A DNA stretch of 64,000 bases, taken from Octopus vulgaris (Eukaryota). Location: the NCBI GenBank assembly GCA_951406725.2, contig OX597816.1:144274001-144338000 (forward strand). The letters run 5' to 3'. The translations under genes were made by a program, and so were the position numbers. Shown piece after piece: positions 11,899-26,107 of the stretch. Within the stretch, counting starts at the first letter, position 1, and every line of letters begins with the position of its first letter. The notes beneath the pieces were generated by a model that ran no database searches, was not told the origin of the DNA, and saw nothing but the letters and a program-made list of their open reading frames with translations.

Positions 11899-13711
11899 GT
11901 TAGAGGAGATCCTATAAAAGACCAAGGCATATCAAAGTGAAGCACTCCACAATTATTGGAAAGACAGAATGACGCAAATCAGACATTAAGTAATCCATTA
12001 TCATAGCATGGAATAGATCAATGATGCGTTCACTGCTGTTTGGTAATACGTTATTCCAATAGTAATTAAAAATATCCAAATATGAATGGCGTAAAAACAT
12101 AATAAAACAAACGAATGGGTTATCTGGTATTGCAACACATGTTTCATTAAGAGTATTTATATTAATGTAAGCATAGTACATTTAGGTATGCAGTATGCAC
12201 AACATCTATAAGATTATGTAATACGTTACACAACTGTAAACACATCAGGCTTAACAAATATACAAGCTAGCTGTGATATGTTGATTAATCAACAGGTTAT
12301 CAACAACTAAAATTTCTAATCGGAATTACCAACATTCAAGAAATGTAAAGTGGATGGGATTATAATCTGTCTGTCATAAGGGTAGTCAGCAGAGTGAGGT
12401 TGTAAATTAGTTAAGGCATTTCTGTTCTAAAGATGCCACTAAGCGACTTCGCTCATAAAGGCTGGTACTGGCAAAACAGGCTTGTATACTAGTAGAGAGA
12501 AGGCATTAAGCATAACATATGACCATATCAAAACATATTTGATGACAGTTGCCGTCGTTAAAAAAAAATACATAACATGAACTGCGTTACTTTGTTCAGT
12601 ACATTAAAGGAGCAACATACAATACAAATTCCTTAGTTACTATAATGCATATTCTTAGTTTATGCATGTGTATGCAAATATAGTATTGGTATATCCCATT
12701 TATATTTCGTTTTTGGATTTGGTTTGCAAGATTCTTTATATGAGTTCGTGTGTTGAAGACTATTGAAAAGGTTGCAAGACGCAACGAAAATTTTAGGAAA
12801 ATAAAAATAAGTGGAAATTTTACCGGTGAGTGTGTTACATTATAAGGCACAAAAACAAAATGACTCTCCCCGGACACAACATAATATGACTCTCCTCAGA
12901 CACAACAGAATATCCCATTTATGTTCATTAGAAATTAAATAAATAAAGAATTTTGACATGTACGAATATACATTTCCCCACACAGTTGTTAATAAATTCC
13001 AGCTACTTATTTATTTACTTAACTCCTTTTGATTAAAATGCCCGATTATCATTTTAGAACTAACAGAATACTAAGGGAGATTCTGCTAATTATAATTCGG
13101 GGAAATTAACTGAAGGAAAATCGCAGAGAATAGCGAAGGCCTCTGCAAAATTTCAGGGGAGCAGGAAGGAGAAGAAGAAGCTGAAGGAAAAGCAAAAGAA
13201 AATAATTAATATATAGAGTTAGCCATAATCGCTGTCGAAGTAATAATAACTTATAAATAATTAAATAAACACAGCATAGGATGAATCTAAAAAAGGAAGG
13301 TGGTCAACTCATTGACTGGGAAGATGGTATTGCTATAAATAAATAAATGTCGAAATTTAGGGAGATCAGTTACATAGCTGTAATATAAACAAGAGTTGAA
13401 AGGCCAGAAATAATGGAGAAGGAAAACAGAACCGATATTCCCAATAACTATATATTTTTATTAATATTTAGTAAAAGCAACTGAGTGGCTGAAGGGTCGA
13501 GAGTTATATGTTTTGGCACTCGTGAGTACATATGTGTATGCGTGAGTGGTGATGTGCTTGTCTGACAGTTGCGTGTATGAATTCATGCATGCGTGTGTGT
13601 GTTCAGAGAAGTGTATCTAGTGGCTACTTAAATTACGAAATGAATGTTTAAACATTGCTATAACATACATTTGCATTTGCCATTAATATATACATGCTTG
13701 TGCATATACCC

Positions 13712-13850
13712 ACAACACTTGCATTCCAGGAAGAGCTCAAATACACTAAGAGAAGTTGGAAAGATATTAGAAGTACTGCGACAGATTGGCCACGCTGGGG
13801 GAAGCTAACTTCCTTGTACGTCACACAATGCCAGACGACCTATGTTTCAG
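13712..13850 (+). mobile_element. RTE-like LINE C-terminal remnant
   Basis: FQEELKYTKRSWKDIRSTATDWPRWGKL resembles the W...A.DR..WR terminus of RTE ORFs. Confidence 0.45.
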
Positions 13851-13853
13851 TGT

Positions 13854-13889
<36 letters not shown>

Positions 13890-14424
13890 GGTGTTGTATA
13901 TGTATGTAGGAATATGTGAGTTTCACAGTGCTTACTCTAGTTTCATGTCAACATTTATTGAATAAAGCCTATGTCTTTGAGTTCCCCGAGAGATTCATTC
14001 ACCGAGTTGTCGTGAAACTTAAGCAACATTATGTATTTCGCAAGTACTGTATAAAGACATATTTAAATCAGCTATAAGTATCAAGTAGCGCCTACTCGAC
14101 GCATGTATACCCAGCCACAAAGAACACACCCACACATACACGCATGCATATACATTTTGTTACATTTTTCATCATATATATATATATATATAATAATAAT
14201 ATTAGGGAGTATAACTCCAAACTTTCAGGGAAAAAATTCAATTTAGTATTAAATCAAATTTCACAGTATGAATATATAAAATATAAATTAGAGATAAAAC
14301 CACTATTATGCAACTAGTTTTAAGGTATATGTTTTATAAAAATATATATTATTTGTTTTTTATGTATTGGTTTATGTATATCATTGAGTTGCATAGTAGT
14401 GGTTTTATCTCTAATTTATATTTT

Positions 14425-14481
<57 letters not shown>

Positions 14482-14759
14482 TTTCTTCAGTTGAGCTGTA
14501 TATATCCAAAGATTGACCATTTATAGTTTTTTTATGCTACAAATTTCAAGTTTCTTTAATATAATCTTTCAGTTAAACGGCCAGTTTAATAGTAAAAGCT
14601 GAATAGTAAAATCTCAACAATACAATAACTATATTTTTCATTATGCACGTACGTATCCTCATGCATGCATTGGCACGTATAGGCATCTATAGTTTACACA
14701 GATCTGGGGGAGGATGATAATCAATGTCACAGAGGGTCCTTCTCTGGAAGATATAGAGT

Positions 14760-16300
14760 AATTCTGGTGAAGAATCTGGGATCAGACAAAGAATAATAGA
14801 TATTGTTTCTGTTAAACCAAACCATTGAGTTTCTCATTCAAAATCACCAGGATAGGAAATGGACTTGATTGTCAGATACTAGTACAAAGAAAAAAAAAAA
14901 AAATTTATCGATCTTTACCTTTTTGACCTTTACCAATAAACTTTCAGAGGCAGCATAAACATACAAAGCCGGTTGGCGCTCGCAGAATCAAAACCGATAC
15001 CCAAAACCAATGTTATTCATTTGGCGAAAAACTTTTGGCCAATTGCGTGTCAAGATTTCATGTGTAAAATATATTACAGCCTGTCTGGCTTATTTTTCCA
15101 AGATTACTGCACTAGCCATAATATCATCCAAACTGAACAAGCAACTGGAAGAAAGGAGTTTGGGGATGTGCCAAATAACTCTTGATAAGTAAAACTGTGA
15201 TGTGAGAGGTGCAGTAGCACAGGAGTAACTGGGTCACAGTCTGGTTGGTTTAGAAGAATATATTCGATTCTGTTATCCACTCGTAGATGCTGAAGTACCT
15301 TTCATTTCTAAACTTCCAGAAACCATTATCAAGGTTATAGACCATCTGATTATCAATAGACAAACCATTCTGGAGTTAAATACTGGAAGTGATTCAACTA
15401 TTACTGCGAGGATAAAGGACGCAGAGGTAAGTTTCAAGGGAACAGTCTCTCGGTAATGTTATTTAAACCTTCAGTAACTCCCCCTGTCTTTTTGTTAATG
15501 AAAGCTAAAAGAAATGCACTTGGACCACAAGAAGACAGAAACACTAAACTAACACATTGCTTCTTTGTGGATGATCTGAAAATAGTTTGGCAAGGACAGA
15601 TGTTCTCAGATAGTGTAAAACCAGTGAAAACTACAAACCCATTGAATAACATTACTATCAGTAGCTCTGACATCGGAATGGGAAATGATACAGGTAATTA
15701 GGGATGAAAATATTTCGCATGATGGAACCTGTAACAAGGAAATGAAACTAGGGAATATAACGCCAAAATTAAGAAAATATGGTCTTCAGAACACTCCACA
15801 TACAATAAATCAGTAACCCACAATTTTTTTGTTGTACCCGTGCTCATTTTAACATTTGAGGTAATCGACTGGATCCGGGTTACTAATGTTAAAAACAAAA
15901 AAATTGCTAACCTACACCAAGCAGTTTCATGTCAACAGTGATGCAGAACGCCACTATTTAAAACGAAAACAAGGCGACAAAGACTTAATATCGATCCAAA
16001 TAATCTTTTGATCTCACATTATATCCTTTCGACATCTACAAGCCATCAAATGTCGAAGTTATGCCATAGGGCAAGTTTGAATACGTGTGGTCTATAACAT
16101 CATGAGGGTTTGAAAGAGCTCCTCAGAGAGTGTTCCTTGACTGATGACTAAAATATATATAGCCAGAAAATATGCATATATATGTCAACAAAAAGAATGC
16201 ATGGCTATATTCCTAGAAGGTTTCAACTCAGACAAACAGAGTAGCTTATTCTGGACTAGATTCGGATCATTTTCCATTGGCGAGAAATTCGAAAAATAAA
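14760..16300 (+). mobile_element. Heavily decayed R4/Dong-type non-LTR retrotransposon
   Basis: RT motif RNTKLTHCFFVDDLK (about 15538-15582) and an upstream GDSL-like segment (ggaacagtctctcg); many stops and frameshifts. Confidence 0.65.
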
Positions 16301-16378
16301 ACTTGGAAAACAAGCAAGCAAACACACACATACACACACGCACGCACGCACGGATGCACACATGCGCACATGCACACA

Positions 16379-16415
<37 letters not shown>

Positions 16416-16923
16416 TCGCACACACACGCACACGGTGTAATCGATGACGCGGTCGTCCGATTGTTATGGTTGTAGTTCAATACGTGAAAACATCTTATCC
16501 CATTTATATTATGAACTGATTCCGTATTTCTTGGGATTAGTGCTTGTCATGAGTATCGAATTCAAATGTGAAACTTATTTATGCAAGACAGTAGTAGAAT
16601 GATTTATACACTGGGGTTAATTGATTTCAATAATTATGCGACAATGTGTGATAAGGTGAAATTGTTAGTTTATCAGTGAAACTTTTATACAGTCCCATTT
16701 CAAAGAAACAGGCAGCAATCTGAGAAGGAATCGGTTTTATGGGCACTTCTCTTATTCTGTACTACATTAGTGCTTTTGAAATGTATATTTACAACTAAAT
16801 CTTAACTTTTACTGTGTGTGTGTGGTATATGAAGGCCAACCCAGTGGCTTGCTAATCTGGAGTTTCTAAGTCATGCCGGCCGAAACTACTGCACTCAATG
16901 TTTTTATTGGGAGCTACTTCCTC

Positions 16924-17034
<111 letters not shown>

Positions 17035-17496
17035 CACACAGATAAGCACATAAAACCGTTAACATGAATGTATATGTATGTCTTATTGCCTGTCTGTATG
17101 TAATGAATCTATGTATATCAGTATGCATGTGTGTGTGTGTGTGTGTGTGTGTGTATCTTCATTGAAGGCAAACTCTGGGTACAATTAAATACACTTTAAA
17201 GTTGCAGGTGTCTCATATTATAGCCTTGCTTTCAACCGAAATTGAATGGATTGTACCTGTACTTAAGGGTTCAAGTGTATATGAAATGTTCAGCCACATA
17301 TACTCTATCACAAGATTAACTGTACCTTCAATACAAAAGGTCAGAGTGTCACGCTGAATTTACCCGAGTTATATTAAACTATATAAGTGTCAGTGGATTA
17401 CTCTGCCAGCAGATAATTCTGTCGATTGAACAACTGGAAAAGATAGTGTCAAAATGAATGCGAGAGTTATAATGTGCTCATGATTAGCGTGAATGC

Positions 17497-17613
<117 letters not shown>

Positions 17614-17620
17614 CATACAC

Positions 17621-18031
17621 TTTACTCTTTTACTTGTTTCAGTCATTTGACTGTGGCCATGCTGGACCACCACCTTCAGTCGAGCAAATCGACCCCAGGA
17701 TTTATTCTTTGTAAGCCTAGTACTTATTCTATCGGTCTCTTTTGCCGAACCGCTAAGTTACGGAGACGTAAATATACCAGCATCGGTTGTCAAGCGATGT
17801 TGGGGGGACAAACACAGAGACACAAACATATATACACACACGTACATATATACATATATACATATATATGACGGGCTTCTTTCAGTTTCTGTCTACCAAA
17901 TCCACTCACAAGGTATTAGTCGGCCCGAGGCTATAGTAGAAGACACTTGCCCAAGGTGCCACGCAGTGGGACTGAACCCGGAACCATGTGGTTCGTAAGC
18001 AAGCTACTTATCACCCACCCACTCTTACGCC
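17621..18031 (-). mobile_element. tRNA-derived SINE family B, full length
   Basis: B box ggttcagtccc, then ggcaccttgggcaagtgtc (CORE-like), an internal microsatellite and tail gactgaaacaagtaaaagag; homologous to 48881-49367. Confidence 0.9.
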
Positions 18032-18421
18032 TATATATATATATATATATATATATGATCTATTCGCCAACGTTAGGTGGCAGTCCTGCATAGGGGCCAT
18101 GTTACTATCTTTTAACCCCAGGAAAGCATCTTTTCGAACTGGTTATCGACACACGATCTGTGTCTGAAATATACTGTACCGTGAGCAAAAAGCGTACTAC
18201 TGCCTCCTAGCCACAAGCAGTACCAACAGACCAATGGTTTCTGAGTAATTTCCCGTCCTCGGTGCTGGACAACCGCCGGCTAGAAACAGTAGCTTACTCC
18301 ACCCTACTAACAGTACATAAATATAGAAGGGACAGACAGTAACTGATCTCGTATCCATCCATTCACCCATCCATCCATCCGTCCGTCCGTCCGTCCCTCT
18401 GTCCGTCCGTCCCTCTGTCCG

Positions 18422-18499
<78 letters not shown>

Positions 18500-18505
18500 A
18501 TCTAT

Positions 18506-19002
18506 CACGTATGAATGACGAAGCCACCTTGAGCATAATCCTATGAACCCAGAAATTGAAAACAGAGGGTTACCCACTTGCAAACAAATGTGGTAACATA
18601 TAACAATATTGACCAAGGTTACCGTGGTCTTTTTCGTAGGCTTTTCTTCCCACGGATAAACCTTACTTGCTTTCCCCTTTACACCATATATCATAACACT
18701 GTGATACACGATCCCTATTGATCGTTTTTTTTTCCTCTTCCCCCTTTTTTCCCCTTTTTCTTCTTTTTTCATTTCTCTTTCCTTTTGTTCCTTTTCCTTT
18801 TCTTTTTTTTCTTTTTATTCCTTTTATTTTATTCAAATTTTTTTCTTTGTTCTTTTCTTCCCTTTTACGATCCCTCTTGATCGAAAACCTACGCCACCCC
18901 TTTTTTTTTCTTTTGTTTTTTGTTCTCTTCATCCCCCAAAAGAAAAGCTCTACCTTGTAACTTGTCCCATCTGTGTGCAGCCCTGTGTGGCCAATAAAGA
19001 AA
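18506..19002 (+). mobile_element. 3' end (ORF2 stop and 3' UTR) of a Tx1/L1-type LINE embedded in (TATC)n
   Basis: Reads RMNDEATLSIIL*, then a T-rich UTR ending gcagccctgtgtggccaataaagaaa. (TATC)n on both sides; second copy at 34516-34932. Confidence 0.7.
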
Positions 19003-19064
19003 CTTATCTATCTATCTATCCATCTATCTGTCTGTCTGTCTACCTGTCTACCTACCTACCTACA

Positions 19065-19262
<198 letters not shown>

Positions 19263-20150
19263 ATGTATGTATTTGTATGCATGTGCGTGTGAATGTATTT
19301 CATAATAATGGTCTGTGGTTAGGGCATTAGGCATACAATCAGAAGTCTGTGGGTCCGATTACTTGAACAAGGCATTTTTATTTCTTTACTAATCACCCCC
19401 TCCAGCTACCACATCTTAGATGTTCTGCTGGCTCAAGAGTGAGAAGACTGACACGGTTTCAACACCTGCTCGCGACTACATAGGCGTTTGAAACAATAAG
19501 TGAAAGTTTGGCACATGCCGTCCTATCATAGTCATTTGCGAGTGACAACTATCTGTTTCTTGAGAGTGCGTATATGCATGCATGTATGTATGTATGTATG
19601 TATGTATGTATGTATGTATGTATGTATGTATGTATGTATGTATGTATGTTTGTATGTATGTATGTATGTATGTATGTATGTATGTATGTATGTTTGTATG
19701 TATGTATGTATGTATGTATGTATGTGTGTATGTGTGTATGTATGCATGCGTGCATGAGGGTTTTGTGCATTTGTGTCTGCGCGCGTGGGCGGACTCTGTT
19801 TTATTACCTTATTATTAATAATTGAAAAAAAAAAAATAAATAAAACTGCATTAATACTGACTGAGAATTTCTGCGAATCCCTCAATTTGCTAGAAACGTC
19901 AGCCAATCTCATTCAAATCATACACAACTGTCTAAGAAGTGGACCGACGTAAGTTGAGGTATGCCTGTATTAGGTAATGTTCTTCTACATGCACTATGTC
20001 TGAGAAAAAGACGGGATGGTTACGACTGGAGCGTTTATATCATTCATGTCTGGCTAATTAAGAATTGATCTAAAGAAATAGCAGCCACATATTTTAATCA
20101 TAATCTGTTGTTATAACTCCAAAAAAAAAATCTCATTAACTTTAAATACT

Positions 20151-20377
20151 TATTTCTTTACTACCCACAAGGGGCTAAACACAGAGAGGGCAAACAAGGA
20201 CAGACAAACGGATTAAGTCGATTATATCGACCCCAGTGCGTAACTGGTACTTAATTTATCGACCCCGAAAGGAGGAAAAGCAAAGTCGACCTCGGCGGAA
20301 TTTGAACTCAGAACGTAACGGCAGCAAAATACCGTTAAGCATTTCGCCCGGCACGCTAACGTTTCTGCCAGCTCGCC
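20151..20377 (-). mobile_element. SINE family A (tail type 1), full length
   Basis: Complete head, core and tail; flanked by the direct repeat aactttaaa. Confidence 0.92.
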
Positions 20378-20827
20378 AACTTTAAAAAACTGTAGTCTGA
20401 GGTACACTAGCATCGGGTGGGGAGACTGGATAGTCACTGCCTGAAATCATTGATCCTGGGTCTGGTCAACCAGAGTTGATGGGTACGCAGCAACTATAAC
20501 AACAATACTAGTTAACTGAAAATAAATATTTTGGTGGCATATGTTGTAGAATGGTTGGAATCTTATCCGCATTTTTTGGTGGAATTTATCAAAAATGTAT
20601 CCAAAATAAAGTATATACATCGGTGAATGATACCCACCCAGATTTATTTCAAAATCTCAGTTGTGTAACAGCGAGTGTGCGTGTGCGCGTGTGTGTGTGT
20701 GTGTGTGCGTGCGTGCGCGAGTTCTTATATTTGAAGTGTGTATGTCTCCATGTGAGTGAGTAAACTTAAGTGTATCAGTGTTTATGTGTGTATTTGCAAG
20801 TGCGTTTGCTAGTATACGCATGTATTA

Positions 20828-20860
<33 letters not shown>

Positions 20861-21057
20861 TGTCTTGATAAATGACGAGATGCCGGAGAAGATTTCCGTC
20901 CCGACATCCGAAACTCGGAGTTTTATTTTGGCAACCGAATAATTGACACATAATATATTACAGATAAATTCCTCTATTTACATAATATCGAGGTCTCATT
21001 CATTCTTCTATTGTTATACCATTACTATTAATATATACATACATACATACATACATA

Positions 21058-21172
<115 letters not shown>

Positions 21173-21394
21173 GTGTCCGCTAATGCGTATACCGGCTAGA
21201 ATTTGAACTCCCACCACCTCAATGGTATATGCAGGTTTGAATACGTAGCTTTTAGCGTGTATAAGCGTATGTAATATACGATATATGTGTGTGATGGTTA
21301 AAACATTTCGTAGTTTGTGTGTGTGTGTGTGTGTGTATTCAAACCTAACAAAATTTGCTATGGTTAACAAACCCTTCAGAAATAGTAGCAACAA

Positions 21395-21590
21395 ACTGAC
21401 GAGGCAATCATTACTTGGTCGCTCGACAGGCTAGAAACAACAGCGTAATCGCGTCATATCAGATTAAAAAGTAGAAGGAAGCATTGGATAATGTAATATA
21501 GATCTAAAAAAAGGTGGGACGGTCGCAGCTGCAATACTTTTGATCACAGTTCTGCCCGATTAACGCTGACCTAAGGTTAAATAACTAATC
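21395..21590 (+). mobile_element. Old dispersed repeat (family E); further copies near 19870-20080, 38010-38200, 52590-53000 and 55430-55610
   Basis: Recurring motifs ctcgac.gctagaaa.a.cagc, cattggataatgta, tttgatca.ag.tctgc and g..taaa.aac. Confidence 0.6.
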
Positions 21591-21646
21591 AACATAGTAA
21601 ATGAAACCGGGTCGATTTGATGTAACATAAATAGCTGTATACTCAC

Positions 21647-21667
21647 CACCATCATCCTAGGATACAT
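21647..21667 (-). CDS. Candidate alternative first coding exon MYPRMMV
   Basis: Context aaaccATG, 7 codons, consensus donor GTG|gtgagt in phase 0; preceded by a unique UTR-like leader of about 100 nt. Confidence 0.35.
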
Positions 21668-21799
21668 GGTTTGTCAGTTAAAGCAACGATCCGGGTACAC
21701 TGCTTACACCCCGATGTCTTCTGAAAAGTTTGCACTTTTTTTTTCTCTACCCACCCTTCCTCTGTTTCTCTTCTCTCATTTATCTGCCGCTGCTGTTGT

Positions 21800-21877
<78 letters not shown>

Positions 21878-21893
21878 CACCACCACCACCACC

Positions 21894-21960
<67 letters not shown>

Positions 21961-23902
21961 TGTTGTTAATATTGGTGTTGTTATTGCTATCTGTAATGAC
22001 TGCTGCTACGCTGTTGCGGATGCCGATGTTGTTGTCGCTACTGTTGCTAATACCGCTTCTTCTGATGTTTATTATTGATAAAAGTTATTTGCAAGTTTAG
22101 TTCTTTTACAATGCTACTGTAGGACCAAGAACGAAAACGCCTCTTTTGTGATAGCTTTTCTCCCTCAAACCCAAACTATACCGTCTTAAATGAAGAAGGA
22201 TACATTATTATCCAGCGTAGACTGTGATACACAAGGCATAATCCCAAGTGGAACGTTTTTGATAATTGGGTTTGCTCGCGCAAAATCGACGTAAGGCTCA
22301 ATAACAGCTTTAACAACTTATAAGAGCAATCATTACTCTTAGTAGGCCGGGAAATCGGAGATTTATAGCTATTCTCCAATTGAAACACGAGGAACCGCTA
22401 TGCATTCACTCGAACTACTAAAAATAGCAGTCAAATTCCCAGTGAGTTGATTTTAAACTCCCCCAGAAATTGTCGTTACTTTTTACTTTTTAGATACAGT
22501 TGTTAGCAAAATTTCTAGTAATATATCGAGTCAAATTTGCGGACTTGTTTCAAAGCGAAAAATTACCAATTATTCTTATAGGTAGGAAGTGGAGTGGCTG
22601 AAACAATACAACACCAGGTTAAATGCCATACATGATTAATTCTCGCCTCTATGAATTCGAATTTCACTGGTGTTGATTTTGGCTTTAAATCAAAAGAAAT
22701 ATGTGTGTGTGTGTGTGTGGTATGGTTAAAGTACACAAAGATTAGGTTGCACTGTTACACTGGGCGAAAGATTAATTTTCCAACTCAGGAACAGGGACGG
22801 CCCCAATCTACTGAGTTCAACAGTTTTCTGCCAAATTTCATTTATAAAGCTTTAACCGATCCGAAACTATGACAGAAGACTCTTGCCGCACAGTAGTATC
22901 GAACGCGATCTACATATGTTGCGAAACAAATTTCTTCACCACGCAACTGTACTTGTGATTTGAGGTGAGACTTAGTTATTGATATTGTTTCTTTTGTACT
23001 CTACCAAATTCATATCTTTACTTTCACTGCAGTTAAAGGCAAACTACTCTGAAATTAGAATTTACTGTTAAGTTAGGAAGACTGTTTTCTTTTATTTCAA
23101 ACGACAGCGTTATTCTTATTCTTAGCATTTTTACTTTCAATTCTAGCCTCACTTCTATGTCCACTTCACCATCTCAACATTCTTGTAATCTTTCTACATT
23201 ATTTACACGGTGTCAAATGGAATGATTTAACTTCTATAGAAGGAACTAATTCCATAAGCGATATGGAAGCGCTAAGCTCTCAGCATATTGAAATATTCAA
23301 ATACTTTCTATTAATATAAGTCTGCTACAAATAGCGAAAATCCAAATCAGTGTAGTTGTCTCCCTTACAGATTGTGAAGAATTCAATCGCATTTTCTTCG
23401 CATATTCCTATCATCTCAATACAAATTCAGTGATTCGTACTCAAATTGCTCCATATCAACCAACAATGATGTAGCTGGAAGGGGAACAAGGGAATGACTG
23501 CTCTTTCTGGGTTTTTCAAAAGTGGCAGTTTTAAAAAAATAAAGCAAAGCAAAAATTACAAGAACAAAAACTTATATTTCCTTGGCGGTGGATTTCGAAT
23601 AATTCATTATTTTATATCGCTTTCTAAAATTTTAATTTATGACATTCAAAGAACTTTCTGGACTCATTGCTTTATTCAACTGACTGTCCAGTATTTTGAT
23701 TTGGACAGTGTGTTCAGTTTTCTGTAGTGGCCACTGGCATCTGGGAAACCCAAACAAATTGTGACGTCATAACCTCTCTGACGCTTGACAATCTCGTGGA
23801 GTTACCTCTTTTTCATATAAAAAATCAGAACCTCTGTTGCATACACAAAAATAGTACAACTAAAATGCAAAATTAATAAAAGTAGTATACAATAATGATA
23901 AT

Positions 23903-24040
23903 TGGGCACTGCACACATCCTACGCAAAACACTTTCAATGCAGTAACCACAAGAGCATCACAACAAACCACAGCACATACCTAAGGCACACAGATCTGCG
24001 CTCGGTAGTGAAGTGAAAGCAGGATATAAAAATAAAACTA

Positions 24041-24043
<3 letters not shown>
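23903..24043 (+). mobile_element. 3' terminus of an R4/Dong-type element followed by (TAA)n
   Basis: Reads GTAHILRKTLSMQ*, then a UTR (ctcggtagtgaagtgaaag) homologous to 40765-40886; (TAA)n at 24044-24126. Confidence 0.8.
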
Positions 24044-24127
<84 letters not shown>

Positions 24128-24645
24128 TTATGCTTTTATTAGCCACAAGGGCTCACATACAAAAACATTAAATGATATACAACAACATAAAAGACAAAAA
24201 CAGGACGATGCAATGGGTTTTCCACGTGTACACAATATAATAATAAAAGTTGAACAAATTAAAGCTCCCAATTGGGGAGGCGCTTTAAGCTCCTCCTGGA
24301 TGAATCTTCCCTTTTTACAGGTGCACGCTCAGAATTGGTTCTTTCACACTGGCCATTCTTCCAACATTCACCCACCTTTCAACAAACTTGCTAGAAGGCA
24401 ACACTTCCCTCTCCACCCTCAACTTCCTTTTGAAAGGGCTAAAGATAGACACTTTCATCTTTAGCCAAGCCCGCGTCAACTTTTTCACGCTACAACCACT
24501 AGACAAATAGAAATTGTCTGCCCCTCCCGGCCAAAAGAAGGCAGCGTAGCAATCTTCACAATGGATTCAGCTGATAGCCGGATCCGTCCTGCACGCGACA
24601 GGTGTTCGACATAAACCCACAGGGGACATAGGTGTCCACAATTTT
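24128..24645 (-). mobile_element. 3' end of a Tx1/L1-type LINE
   Basis: Reads LWVYVEH...RIRLSAESIVKI...FKRKLRVEREVLPSSKFVERWVNVGRMASVKEPILSVHL*; UTR ends gagcccttgtggctaataaaag. Confidence 0.7.
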
Positions 24646-24654
24646 ACAATAATA

Positions 24655-24798
24655 ATCTTGTCCACTCTAGGTACAAGGCCCGAAATTTTGGCGGAGTGGG
24701 CCAGTCGATAAGATCGACCCCAGTACGAAACTGGTACTTAATTTATCGACCCCGAAAGGATGAAAGGCAAAGTCGACCTCGGCGGAATTTGAACTCAG
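24655..24798 (-). mobile_element. SINE family A (tail type 2), 5'-truncated
   Basis: Core gaccccgaaaggatgaaaggcaaagtcgacctcggcggaatttgaactcag. Confidence 0.85.
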
Positions 24799-25355
24799 TT
24801 GCCAGTGAGTAATCCATTGCTGTATTGTGTGCAGATTTGATTGCAGGATAGATCTATATCATACAAAGTCTGTTCTTTACATCACAATGTTCGGCTTGAT
24901 GTCATCTGCGTATATCAACACTGCAACATTCTTCAAGTTGTCATCTATGTCATTAATATATGCAACAAACAACAGGGGTCCAGGAAAGGATCTTTGTGGT
25001 GAAGAATGCTGTCCAAGAAACGTGACTACCTCTTTTCGACCGAGCATGGAGGACTTAACCAGTTACGAAGATTATCTTTCACACCCATTTCAGAGAGTTT
25101 TGCCACAAGTCATTTGTATGGCACAGAATTGAAGGCTTTAGCAAAATCAAGGTAATGACCCATAAGCCGTCATTAGTGATTCGTGTGATGACTTCAAAAA
25201 CCTCGATGAGTTGGCCACAGCTGCTGGTCGAATAAGGCTGTGACGGTTGAATAATAAGGCTGTGGGAGTTCCGGAAGTTCCAGAGTGTTTGTCTGACGCA
25301 AGACTCTATTAGTTTGGTGATGCAGTTAGAAACACTGACTGGACGGTAGTTAGCC
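24799..25355 (-). mobile_element. Decayed CR1/L2-type LINE reverse transcriptase
   Basis: Reads NYRPVSV..., LDFAKAFNSVPY and PQRSFPGPLLFVAYINDIDDNLKNVAVLIYADDIK. Confidence 0.9.
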
Positions 25356-26075
25356 TAATATAAAAGAAATGAGCGTGGAGTTTACATAACTCATTTGTTG
25401 ATGACTGAAAGTCAAGGACGAACTAGGGATTATTCCCCGAAGTCCCAATCGTTTTAATATATTTTTGACAGGTCTGTTATGATATAGATAAACATATAAT
25501 TGCTTCAGGAACTTGCTGCAATACAACCAATTGCTTTTTAGAATTTTCGATTCTTTTGATGTATGGTACGGTCCATCATCTGTTGCAAAAGCAAGTTTAA
25601 TTTACTTTCTCGTTTTATCGTGAAGGTGTTATATAATACCTACTGTTAAGATTGTTTAAAAAATTATCATAGATATTTTTTATAAGGAATGACATGGGCA
25701 CACACGCGCGCCTACACACACATACATACATGCGCGCGCATATGTATACACGCACAATACATCACAGGGCAACATTTAGATATACAATTTGGATAACGTT
25801 GAATATCCCCAGAGAACAGTTGAGGGCTAGTATTTCCATATCAGTCTTATTAACGTGATAAAATAAACGGTAGGGCTCGTAGAATTAAGTTCTTTGCCGA
25901 GAGTTACATAATAGATATATAGTTAAACAGACAGATAGACAGAAAGATAGATAGATAGATAAATAGATAGATACATAGGTAGATAGATAGATAGATAAAC
26001 AGACAGATAGGTAGATAAATAGATAGATTGAGAGGAAATAAATATATATATATGATACGTAGGTAGGTAGGTAGT

Positions 26076-26107
<32 letters not shown>

